A stretch of 64,000 nt of DNA from Gemmatales bacterium (GTDB taxonomy: Bacteria > Planctomycetota > Planctomycetia > Gemmatales > HRBIN36), in assembly GCA_041640595.1 (NCBI GenBank), contig JBEPZY010000001.1, positions 1,120,001 to 1,184,000 on the forward strand. Direction: 5' to 3'. Positions 30,526-39,486 of the stretch are shown one piece after another (positions within the stretch are counted from its first letter, which is position 1; every line of letters begins with the position of its first letter). The position numbers and the translations under genes were made by a program. Under the pieces are notes generated by a model, which was given only the letters and a program-made list of their open reading frames with translations, had not been told where the DNA came from and searched no databases.

Positions 30526-31539
30526 ATGTCGCAGCGAAGGTACGTTTGCCGCTGGGGATTTTCGGTGCTGGACCTGCTTGCGATGGTGGCGCTATTGCTT
30601 TTGTTTATGGCGCTGATGCTACCGGCAATCATGCGGGTGCGTGGCGCTGCTAACCGGATGAAATGCAGTAACAACCTCTCGCAGAGTGCGCTGGCATTCT
30701 GGAACTACCATAACGATTACAACATTTTCCCCAGCGGTGGCGGTCATGCCGAACAGGGTCGCGCTTACAGTTCCGCAGGGAAGACCGAACGGAACCCTCC
30801 GCTTGGTGGCAAACTGCCAGACGGAGCCCAGGTGGTTCCCGCTCCGTCTCAGGAATGGGGTTGGGCTTATCAGATTCTGCCCTACGTGGAACAGCATCAA
30901 GTCTATCGCAAGACCAGCGACGACGAAATCCGCCAGACGGTGATACCGATTTATTTCTGCCCGGAGCGGCGCAAGCCTGGCGTCAACGAAAAGAATGCCC
31001 GCGGATTGACGATGGCCGGGATTGATTACGCTGGCAACGGTGGTGTCACCGGCCCGGCCCAGAAGGTGGACTGGCTCAAGCAGGCACGTTACGCGCCGCC
31101 CTTTGGTGATTACACCGCCTGCGGTATGGTCATTCGCAGTTCCCACTGGTACCCGGAGAAAGGCCCGAAACTGCGAGCTGTTTCTCTCGATGGCGGAGTC
31201 CCTGACGGGGTCAGCAACACTTTGTTGCTGGCGGAAAAACGGATGCAGGTGGGGAAAATCAATCAAAATCCCGGCAACGATGACTGGAGTTTTGTGGACG
31301 GTTGGGGCAACGACACGATCGTGCGTTACCATCCCGAAGATGAGAAACTCAAACCGATGCGGGACAATCGTGATCCGGTGCCAGACTTTGCAATGGGTTC
31401 GCCCCATCTCGAAGCTTTCATCGCTGTTTTCACCGATCGGTCCGTTCGGCGTATTCGTTACAACGCCAAGCCGGAAGCCCTGGCGGCAATAATGATCCGC
31501 GACGATGGCATGGTCTTACAATGGCAGGATTTGGAGTAA
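30526..31539 (+). CDS. DUF1559 family protein with degenerate prepilin motif
   Basis: GFSVLDLL, AANRMKCSNNL, WAYQILPYVEQ and DGVSNTLLLAEK motifs; AGGAGG RBS. Confidence 0.9.
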   Translation: MSQRRYVCRWGFSVLDLLAMVALLLLFMALMLPAIMRVRGAANRMKCSNNLSQSALAFWNYHNDYNIFPSGGGHAEQGRAYSSAGKTERNPPLGGKLPDGAQVVPAPSQEWGWAYQILPYVEQHQVYRKTSDDEIRQTVIPIYFCPERRKPGVNEKNARGLTMAGIDYAGNGGVTGPAQKVDWLKQARYAPPFGDYTACGMVIRSSHWYPEKGPKLRAVSLDGGVPDGVSNTLLLAEKRMQVGKINQNPGNDDWSFVDGWGNDTIVRYHPEDEKLKPMRDNRDPVPDFAMGSPHLEAFIAVFTDRSVRRIRYNAKPEALAAIMIRDDGMVLQWQDLE

Positions 31540-31791
31540 TTAGGCGCATTTCGGCAGGAACAACTCGCTGCTCCATTACTCCCGTGTGCGGATGAAATAA
31601 GCGCTGCCGTTGGAGGTTTTTGCAGGGCCGCTGCTGTGCCGACACGCTCTTCGCACATCAAACATTGTTGTTTCCGGTCACTACTGGCCAACCCTACGCG
31701 GAATCCATTGCGAGAGTGGGCTAACGCGTTTCCAAACAGCAATTGCTCCAAGTGATGCTGGGCACCCCTGGTTTTGCCAGCTATTGGGCGA

Positions 31792-32910
31792 CTACGCACG
31801 GGGAATGAGGTGGATACTGCTGGCTTTGACAAGAGCGGTGACGGATTGCCCCGGGTGGAGTGCGAGAGCATCCGCGGCCGCGCGAGTAACTATAGCCGTC
31901 AGCGAAAAGCCAGCATCGAGCTGAACCCGAATGAGCTGGCCCGCCGACTCCAGACCGGTCACCGTGGCCGGTAACAAGTTGCGATCACTCACATCGGTCG
32001 GGGCGAGCGCTTCGCGGACCAGGAGCACATCCTCGCCGCGAATGCCGATCAGCACAGGTGCACCGACAGCCGGATGGAAGGAGTTTGTCTGGCTCGCCTG
32101 GGGCAGCGCCACGGTCAGACAGGCCCGGCCAACTCCTACCCGTACCGTGTCGCAGTCTATTGCCGCAATACGTCCCGCCAGCACCGTTTCCATGCCAACC
32201 AACTGAGCGACCACGGCGTCCTTAGGCCGACTAAAAACTTCCTCAACGCAACCGGTCTGGTAAACTTTGCCGTCGAAAATAATGGCGACTTCATGGGCCA
32301 GGCTCAGCACTTCTTCACGATCATGGCTGACCAGAAAAACAGGGATGGCGAATGGCTCCAGCAATTGCCGCCACTGCTGCCACAAACTCCGCCGCAGGTG
32401 CAGGTCGAGCGCGGAGAACGGCTCGTCCAGGAGCAATAACCGCGGCCGCCGGGCCAGCACGCGGGCCAACGCTAACCGTTGTTGTTCCCCTCCGGAAAGG
32501 CGATGCGGATATTCGTGCCGTTTTCCCTCCAGCTGCACCAGAGCGAGCATCTCGTCGGTGCGTCGGCGGCGTTCCTGACGCGGCAGAGCGTGTAAACCAA
32601 AAGCGATGTTTTGCTCAGCTGTCAAATGCGGAAACAACGCATACGACTGAAACAGGAAACCAATGTCGCGCTGCTGCGGCGAAAGGCAGATCCCCTGCTG
32701 GCTGTCGAACCAGATTTCCGAGCCGAACCGGATAAGTCCCTCATCAGGCCATTCCAACCCGGCAAGCAGACGGAGCCAGGTCGTTTTGCCACTTCCCGAA
32801 GGGCCGAACAAAGCCGTTACATGGAACTGTCCCAGCGGAGCCGTCAATTCACCGGTAATGGTGAAACTACCGTGGCGACGCTTACTCAGCTGCGCCAGCA
32901 ATTCGCTCAT
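31792..32910 (-). CDS. modC: Molybdate-type ABC transporter ATP-binding protein with TOBE domains
   Basis: Walker [39 protein letters not shown]-terminal TOBE domain (SDRNLL...ALVKASSI). Confidence 0.8.
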   Translation of the reverse strand: MSELLAQLSKRRHGSFTITGELTAPLGQFHVTALFGPSGSGKTTWLRLLAGLEWPDEGLIRFGSEIWFDSQQGICLSPQQRDIGFLFQSYALFPHLTAEQNIAFGLHALPRQERRRRTDEMLALVQLEGKRHEYPHRLSGGEQQRLALARVLARRPRLLLLDEPFSALDLHLRRSLWQQWRQLLEPFAIPVFLVSHDREEVLSLAHEVAIIFDGKVYQTGCVEEVFSRPKDAVVAQLVGMETVLAGRIAAIDCDTVRVGVGRACLTVALPQASQTNSFHPAVGAPVLIGIRGEDVLLVREALAPTDVSDRNLLPATVTGLESAGQLIRVQLDAGFSLTAIVTRAAADALALHPGQSVTALVKASSIHLIPRA

Positions 32911-33005
32911 GATTTTCTATCAGGGTGCGCTCAGCGTGAGATAACAGACGGGGTCAATTTCCGGTATAGCCCCCAGTCCAGAACTGGCCAGCCCATGGAC
33001 TCACC

Positions 33006-33040
33006 AAACAAAAACCGCCGGGCCAATCGTTCCCGGCGGT
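33006..33040 (-). terminator. Intrinsic terminator after the DUF6370-like gene
   Basis: ACCGCCGGG/CCCGGCGGT 9-bp stem followed by a T-rich tail on the minus strand. Confidence 0.75.
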
Positions 33041-33083
33041 GGCAAAGGTTCGGCCCGATACGAGTATTGGAAGACCGGCAGCA

Positions 33084-33401
33084 CTATTTGAAGCTGACCT
33101 TGCTCACTTTGATGACGCGCTTGCCGCCTTCCTCGGAGACGACGCCCGTCACTTCGCCTTCCTTGCCCTCTTTGCAGATTTCGCCGTGATGCTTCTTGTG
33201 AGAAGCGGCGTCGAAATAATACACGACTTCCTTGCCACCTTCCTTGACGACGATGACGGTGGCGCAGGCCTTTTCCTTCTTGAGTTCGCAGCGGGCACAG
33301 GTGATTTTGCCCTTGAGCGTAACCTCTTTGTCCGCGGCCTGCACGAAACCGACCACAGCCAGCAGGGCGATTGCCGCCAGCACCACACCGAGCAGACGCA
33401 T
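33084..33401 (-). CDS. Small secreted Cys-containing protein (DUF6370-like)
   Basis: GGAGGG RBS; signal peptide; KEVTLKGKITCARCELK...C...YYFD...HGEIC pattern. Confidence 0.75.
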   Translation of the reverse strand: MRLLGVVLAAIALLAVVGFVQAADKEVTLKGKITCARCELKKEKACATVIVVKEGGKEVVYYFDAASHKKHHGEICKEGKEGEVTGVVSEEGGKRVIKVSKVSFK

Positions 33402-33666
33402 GGCTTCCCTCCTTTTGTTAGAGGCCCCATTTACCCGGGCCATACGCGCTCTGCATTCCCACTCGCAGAGCTGCGATGGCCTTGCTTCTTCTTTTGTATG
33501 TTTGACCGCACCCAAGGCAAGTGTGCCATGTTGCTCCCGGGCCGGAGCCAGGCGCTCCTACGGATAAGTCGTCTTGGAACCCGCGGAATCACGCGGCGTC
33601 TGCGGTGTTTCGGGTCAGGAAGTTCAATCCGTTGGGCACGTCAACAGAAACGGTTCTTGGCCATGC

Positions 33667-33702
33667 AAATAAAAAGCAGGGCAGTTCAAAGACCGCCCTG
33701 CT
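33667..33702 (-). terminator. Intrinsic terminator after the cytochrome c gene
   Basis: Minus strand AGCAGGGCGGTC-TTTG-AACTGCCCTGCT followed by TTTTATTT. Confidence 0.75.
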
Positions 33703-33784
33703 GAAAGGCAAGCATCCGCTCGGCAGCACCTGACCAGCGCAAATGCCCTCTCAAGCGAGCCGCCTAAGAGCAGTTGCAGTCGCG

Positions 33785-34159
33785 CTAGCTCGGCTTGTGT
33801 TCCTTATGGCAGCCGGCGCAGTTGACGGCTTTCTTGTACTTTTCAATGGCGTCTTTGTCGTTGGCGACCAGGGCTTTCGCTGCTTCCACCAGAGCTTTGG
33901 TGCGTTCTTCCCAGGCCTTAGGATCACCACGAGGCGGTTTGTTGGCGGCCAGGGCCTCATAGACTTCCAAAAGTAACTTTTTCTCTTCGGGGGTAGCTTT
34001 GCCCTGCACTGCTTTGGCACACAAAGCCGGCTTACCGACATGGGCGCACTTCATCACCTCCTTGATGGTGTATTTGGGCTTCTGAGAGAAGCCCACGCCG
34101 CTTGACCAGAGCACGACCAGTGTGGCGGCCAGTGCCAGCGTCATCCAGGTCCTTTGCAT
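33785..34159 (-). CDS. Small secreted c-type cytochrome (class II-like, C-terminal CxxCH)
   Basis: GGAGG RBS; signal peptide; helical Lys/Ala-rich body; C-terminal NCAGCHKEHK. Confidence 0.8.
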   Translation of the reverse strand: MQRTWMTLALAATLVVLWSSGVGFSQKPKYTIKEVMKCAHVGKPALCAKAVQGKATPEEKKLLLEVYEALAANKPPRGDPKAWEERTKALVEAAKALVANDKDAIEKYKKAVNCAGCHKEHKPS

Positions 34160-34623
34160 CGTACCTCCCTCCCTTAAGCGACAGGCAATCGGCAAGTGCC
34201 TGCGCCGACCTACGACGTATTCGCTACCAGCCCCGTGCTGGTTAGCTTCTCTCGAATGAGACCCTTGTCAAGACGCCCAAAGCCTCCCCGCGGTCTCCAA
34301 ACGATACAATTGCGGCTAAAAATGTACACCTTCCGTGCCGGATTGTTTTCACCTGGCACCCAGGCCATCCGTGGCAAACTTGTTTCTCATTGCGCTGGTA
34401 GGCTTTCAGGCGGGTTAGCTTGTGGGTCCTGGTTCGATGGTGGCGATACACTATACACTGGCAACAAAACGTCCAGAGTCAAGAGAAAATTTTTTGCGGC
34501 GAGGCGGTCACTTCCCGACCTTTGTTGCTCCGACTTCCACAGTCAGGCCAACTCTGCTACGCAGAACGACCGTGAACGAAACAAGTGCCACACGCTAATC
34601 CCCTGGGCGTAACATACACGAAA

Positions 34624-36018
34624 TTAGACGCCAGCATCATCGAGCCTGAACATTTCCATCAGAGAGGTAGTCGAGCTGATGCTATCCAGATTCCACAAAC
34701 CTTCCAGCAGCGTTTGAGTGCGAGTTTCACCGTAAAGAGGCACCACCAGAGAGCGGAACTTTTGTTCCAGTTCGGCATCCGTGAGGGGATTTCGGGCATG
34801 CCCACGGGGATATTCCACCTCAGCGGTCAGGGTCGTACCGTTGCGCAGCTGCACGACCACACGATTAGGAATCCCTTGCGGATACCGAGCCGAGAGATGG
34901 GCATCGCGATGTACCTGTACTCTGGCTACCAGTTGCAGTAGCCGTTCGTCGTGCAGATGGCGGTCGTCGAAACTCGCCAGCGTCACCTCGCCGTCATACA
35001 AAGCGACAGCTACGCAGTAGGGCAAACTGTGATCGGCAGTTTCGCGGGTGCGGGGCCGCCACTTTTCCGGGTCTTTGCCGATAATGTCCACCGCAGCATC
35101 GAAGGTGAAAATGTCAATGCGTTCGATATCGTCCAGATGAGGAATTTGCGAGCGGAGTTGCAACGCAGCGTCAATAGCACTCTGAGCGTGGTATTCCGCT
35201 GGCCAGAATTTGATATAAGTGCGGCGGATCATGAAATCATCGGCACCAGCGGGGGCCAGCTCGCCAGCCAGCGGCGGGAGCGTAAAAGGGCCGGTGATCA
35301 GTTTCATAAACCCCAGCTCTCCCTCGAAAATCGGCGCCGGGCCGGTCATTCCTTCCGCGGCCAATAAGGCGGCAAATACGCCGTTCCGAGCCGCATTGGC
35401 GAATGCAGCCCCTTTCCACATACTGAGTTCGCCCGCACGTGTTTGCCGCAAGGCGATGTTGCTGACGCCGGCTATGCCCAGAGCGTGTACGGTGCGACGC
35501 GGTTCGAGACCTAACAATTTGCACGCTGCCAGACACGAGGAAATCGCCCCGTAAACCACATGGTCGAACCCATGCCGGCGCAGGGAAGCGGCATCGCAGA
35601 GCCGACACTGAATCTCGTAGGCCAGCACCGTCGCAGTGATCAAATCGCGGCCGCTCGCCCCTGCCAGTTCGCCAACCGCCCAGATGGCACTAAGATTGTC
35701 GCTCGGATGGGCTGGTTCCAGTGACAGGTAGGTGTCATTGAAGTCCAGGTAGCGCACCAGCAAACCGTTGACGAAAGTGGCCCACTCCACGCTGGACTTT
35801 CCACCCCCCAGCAACGTCGCAGGTGGCAGGCTCTGAACGCGCAAGGCACACCGCCGGGCAATCCGCGGCGCATCCGCCGACCAGGCACCCACGGCAGTCG
35901 CAAAAGAATCAATAAATCGCCGCTTCACTTCGTGCACTACCCCGGCGGGCAGGTCCTCGTAACGAAGACGGCAAGCATATTCAGCCAGTCGTTCGGCTAA
36001 GTAATTGCTGTGCGACAT
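34624..36018 (-). CDS. prpD: MmgE/PrpD family protein (2-methylcitrate dehydratase-like)
   Basis: RYLDFNDTY, HPSDN, SMWKG, KFWPAEYHAQS, RETADHSLPY and PRGHARNP motifs. Confidence 0.88.
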   Translation of the reverse strand: MSHSNYLAERLAEYACRLRYEDLPAGVVHEVKRRFIDSFATAVGAWSADAPRIARRCALRVQSLPPATLLGGGKSSVEWATFVNGLLVRYLDFNDTYLSLEPAHPSDNLSAIWAVGELAGASGRDLITATVLAYEIQCRLCDAASLRRHGFDHVVYGAISSCLAACKLLGLEPRRTVHALGIAGVSNIALRQTRAGELSMWKGAAFANAARNGVFAALLAAEGMTGPAPIFEGELGFMKLITGPFTLPPLAGELAPAGADDFMIRRTYIKFWPAEYHAQSAIDAALQLRSQIPHLDDIERIDIFTFDAAVDIIGKDPEKWRPRTRETADHSLPYCVAVALYDGEVTLASFDDRHLHDERLLQLVARVQVHRDAHLSARYPQGIPNRVVVQLRNGTTLTAEVEYPRGHARNPLTDAELEQKFRSLVVPLYGETRTQTLLEGLWNLDSISSTTSLMEMFRLDDAGV

Positions 36019-36202
36019 AGCCCGAGGCTTTTGCCAAGATTTGCTGCACCAGGGACAATTCCGGTAGCAGGAACCAGAGGCAATGTATCTGACAGCGTCG
36101 GTTGGCGTCTAAATTACCGGCATAGGGAAAAATTCGCACACACTTACGGTTGCTTTCTGTTCCAATGCAGGCGTGTGTATGGAAAATCCCGGCACGTTTT
36201 TA

Positions 36203-36236
36203 AGGAAAAGGCCGCCGGTTAATAAGGCCGGCGGCC
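36203..36236 (-). terminator. Intrinsic terminator after the candidate selenoprotein gene
   Basis: GGCCGCCGG/CCGGCGGCC 9-bp stem followed by TTTTCCT on the minus strand. Confidence 0.65.
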
Positions 36237-36382
36237 AAGGCTGCTGAACGCTGGGCCAGTTCACCGACCCAGCTACATCCGGCTCACAATCGGTGCTGAC
36301 TGTCTCCAGCCACGGAGACTTCGTCAGTGCACGAAGGCAGAGGCAATGAGCGGGCTGTCTCGCAAGCCTTTTCAGCAAGTCG

Positions 36383-36937
36383 TTATTGTAACTTGCTGAG
36401 ATCGGCGATAATTGCCTCTACCGTCTTGGCGTTCAGCCCGCCAGCGGGCACGGCATGGTTAGCCACGACTTTGTTGCTCTTGTAGAAAACTGCCGTGACT
36501 TCAGCTTCCTTGGCGATATTCCAGCCTTTCGGGCCGGCCGGGTTGTCTATACCGAAGCTGACGTTCTTGATCCCCTCTTTTTCCACCAGGGACTTGATAC
36601 GCTTTTCCAACTCCGGATCGTCCGACAGGAACACAACGCAGGCTTTGATGGACTTGTTGCCGGCAACCGCCCCGTCCAATTTCTTGACCAGACTGGTCAA
36701 GCCGTCGCTCAGCTCACGGGCGAAGATGAGCGCGACGGGAGCGCCGCCGAACTGTCAGACAAAGCAATTCTTCTGACCGTTCTTGGCCGGCTGATCCACA
36801 TTGATGACGTTGAGCGGATGGAATGCTCCGCCACGATTCTGCCCGACCTGCGGGCCGGATTTCAGGCTACCCTGGGCCAGCACCAGACTGCATGCCAGTA
36901 CCGTCGCCAGGCTAGCCCCAAAGACGCGAATGCGCAT
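36383..36937 (-). CDS. Candidate exported selenoprotein, thioredoxin/AhpC-like fold, CxxU motif (in-frame UGA at 36757-36755)
   Basis: AAGGAGG RBS, ATG at 36937 and a signal peptide. ORFs 36755..36997 and 36383..36700 are in the same frame and separated only by one TGA (...KNCFV-U-QFGGAPVALIFARE...). Read-through product is 184 aa. Confidence 0.75.
36683..36738 (-). promoter_or_regulatory. Candidate SECIS-like recoding structure (two adjacent hairpins 3' of the UGA)
   Basis: +17..+53: CCGUCGC/GCGACGG plus GCUCA/UGAGC. +54..+72: CUUGACCA-GUC-UGGUCAAG perfect hairpin. Confidence 0.55.
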
Positions 36938-37746
36938 GGCTAACCTCCTTCTGGTTGCCTTGCATCGGGGCGTGTTTCGGCAGGCCACAGTGCCCATCCG
37001 CCATCGCTCCTCCGCCCCGTTTTCAGGAGCGACGCGGCATTTGTTCGGTTCCGGTAAATTTCGGCTCGAAAATCGTTCCCAAGGTATTGGGTGATGCCAG
37101 CTTCCCGCTCACTGGTATATGCCCTGGTTGCGATTCTAGCAATACCGCGGATGCAAGCAGTCGTCTCGCTCAGGACTTATTTTGCGGGACCACTGACAAA
37201 ATTGTAGGGTCAGCATTGATTATTGCTTTTACCCGCAGGGCCTCGTGCAGTGATCCGGATGGATGGAAGCCTCAAGAAAGGCGTCAATAGAGAGCAGTTT
37301 CAGGCAGGCTCGAGGCAGGGAGTTTCCAGCGGTTATCGCTTCCGATTATATCGGCCAGCCACCGCAGCGTCCACTATCTTAGACACCGAATTCACAATAA
37401 GGCACCGCTGAAACGCTATCCGCGCATTCGGCTTTCGCCGAAAAACCAACGGCAATCGGCGGAACTCGGGCTTGCAGTCTCTTGCAGCATTGCGGCCTGG
37501 CAACTTGTCAATGCTTGTGCGGCGCTCACGCTTCCTGCTGGAGAAATCCAGCTCGGTAAGTCCGCGTCAAAGTGCCAAAACGACGCCAGGCATCCCTTTG
37601 ACAAAAGTTATAGATGCCGGAGCTAACGAGTTGTTTACGCCATCTGGACAGTCCTCCCGGGCTCCAAACAGCTATTGGCTTGTCTTGAGCGGCGGAGCCG
37701 CCTGATTCAAGGCGGCCTTGCTGAGACAACGCACACGAGCGGTTTG

Positions 37747-39390
37747 CTAGCGGGGCGGGTCATCCAAAGAGTCATCCGGATCGAGCAAGAAGCGAGCGGC
37801 TACTATGTAACCTTCATCGCAGGGCTGAACCCGCAAGATGCTCGCTGGCAGAGCAATGGCCCTGTCGGAGCTTTCACCGGCAGGAACGATGTGCACCGGC
37901 TCTTCCGGTAAGGGGACGGGCGAAAGGAACCGAATGCCCGTGGATGAAACGTCCTGACCGATCACGGTTATTTCCTGGCGTGTCTGGCCGTCCGGCAAGC
38001 CGTAAATGACGCGGAGAGGTTCGGTGTATGGGAACCGTTCATGCTCGCGGCGTTCCGGAGTGGCCATCAAGTATGAACGAAGTTGTTCCAGGAAAATGGG
38101 TCCGATTTGCTCCAGGATTTGCCGGGCCTGGCGGGGGAATTTACCCACATATTCCATCTCAATACGCACTCTCGTCATGCCTGACCAGGCAGGTTCGAAC
38201 CAGAGCCGTACCTCGATGATATCGTTGGAGACAGGAACAAGTTTCTGCCACCAGCTTTCACTGCCGATCAGCCGAACCACGATCTGGAAACCATCAAGCA
38301 GCAAGATGCGCACGGGCCAGGTCTGCAAAAATCCCATGACTTTTTCCCAGGCCACGCCAGGTGCAAGCACAGCAGCGCAGGTGTGTTCCAAAATTCCTTT
38401 CTGGTTGTAGCGGTAACGCATACCGCGATACTCACGCACCTCCAGACCCTGACTGGCCAGGTGAACAAGTCGGCTGACTTGATTGTGCAGTTGGCGGCTG
38501 AACCAGGGTGCGGACAGGTCGAACTCCATCTGACCGGGCAGGATTAGTTTTGCGCGGTGGTTGGAAACGGCTTCAACGCGTCGGGGGGCTTCCTGTAAAG
38601 CACGTACAAAGTCCGAACAATTCGCAAACCGATCGGCGGGATTACGAGCCAGAGCACGTGCTACTGCCTCCCGGTCACCAGCGGGCAAAGGTTCCAGGTC
38701 CGGCTCGTGCCAGCTTTCACCGGTCAGATCACGTAAACGAGCGACACGAAACGGATGAGCGCCGGTAAGGAGCTCCTGATAAATCGTCGCCAGACTGAAT
38801 TGGTCGCTGCCCCAGGTAGGCCGACCGGCAAATACCTCCGGAGCTGCGTATCGGGGACTGTACTGGGCCGGGGAACATTGCAGCGGCACCAGGAGCAGCT
38901 CGACGATGCCATAATCGCTGACGGCAGCCTGTCCATTTCGCAACCAGAGCACCCGCGGACTCAAACCCAGATGCATCAGGGCATGTTCTCGCCGCAAATA
39001 ATCCAGCGCTTGCGCTACCTGGCCCAGCAAGCTCAGCAACCGTTGTCGGCGTAAACCATAGGGGCCCTCCAGAGGAGTGGTGCGAAAATACTCTGCCCAG
39101 GTGCATTCGGCCGATTCGCTGACAATGACCACCCGGCCTCCTTCGGGGATCACTGCTTCCACTCCGAGCAAATGTGGATGTCGAACCGCCGTCAATCGCT
39201 GCTCTGCCAGCTGTGGGATGGAACTTTCAGGCTCGCGGCCCAGGAATCCTTTGACGTAAGTAACGAGTCGGCGTTTGCCTTCCGGGCCGACGGCGAGCCA
39301 GACTTCGCGCAGTCGGCCCTCTTCCAGGCAACGCTCAAAGCGTAGCCGCGTCAGCACTGCGGATTTGCGATCATGCAACTCCGCTGGCAC
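37747..39390 (-). CDS. Ser/Thr kinase-like (pseudokinase) domain fused to C-terminal PilZ domain
   Basis: Kinase-fold motifs HPHL, DYG, YAAPE, SDQFSLA and ALARNPADRF; PilZ motifs RxxxR (ERREHER) and DVSSTG; GGAGG RBS before GTG 39390. Confidence 0.8.
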   Translation of the reverse strand: MPAELHDRKSAVLTRLRFERCLEEGRLREVWLAVGPEGKRRLVTYVKGFLGREPESSIPQLAEQRLTAVRHPHLLGVEAVIPEGGRVVIVSESAECTWAEYFRTTPLEGPYGLRRQRLLSLLGQVAQALDYLRREHALMHLGLSPRVLWLRNGQAAVSDYGIVELLLVPLQCSPAQYSPRYAAPEVFAGRPTWGSDQFSLATIYQELLTGAHPFRVARLRDLTGESWHEPDLEPLPAGDREAVARALARNPADRFANCSDFVRALQEAPRRVEAVSNHRAKLILPGQMEFDLSAPWFSRQLHNQVSRLVHLASQGLEVREYRGMRYRYNQKGILEHTCAAVLAPGVAWEKVMGFLQTWPVRILLLDGFQIVVRLIGSESWWQKLVPVSNDIIEVRLWFEPAWSGMTRVRIEMEYVGKFPRQARQILEQIGPIFLEQLRSYLMATPERREHERFPYTEPLRVIYGLPDGQTRQEITVIGQDVSSTGIRFLSPVPLPEEPVHIVPAGESSDRAIALPASILRVQPCDEGYIVAARFLLDPDDSLDDPPR

Positions 39391-39486
39391 CGTCTTCCTC
39401 CGCCTGTTGGGCCTGGCGGCACCGCTGCTCCAGTTTACCGGGCAGCAGTGCCTATCCACTCGAAGGTTGCGTCTGCCGCAATTTGC

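Noticed and set aside
34450..34482. Sigma70 promoter TTGACT…TATAGT on the minus strand
   Set aside because: The spacer is 21 nt, outside the usual 16-18 nt.
36383..36997. Treating ORFs 36755..36997 and 36383..36700 as two separate genes
   Set aside because: They are in the same frame with a single TGA in a Cxx* context, and the second has only a TTG start without an RBS. One read-through gene is more parsimonious, although a pseudogene is not excluded.
36938..37746. tRNA-Sec or other sel genes next to the selenoprotein candidate
   Set aside because: No UCA-anticodon cloverleaf or credible ORF seen in this ~800-nt gap. Sec machinery, if present, must lie elsewhere.
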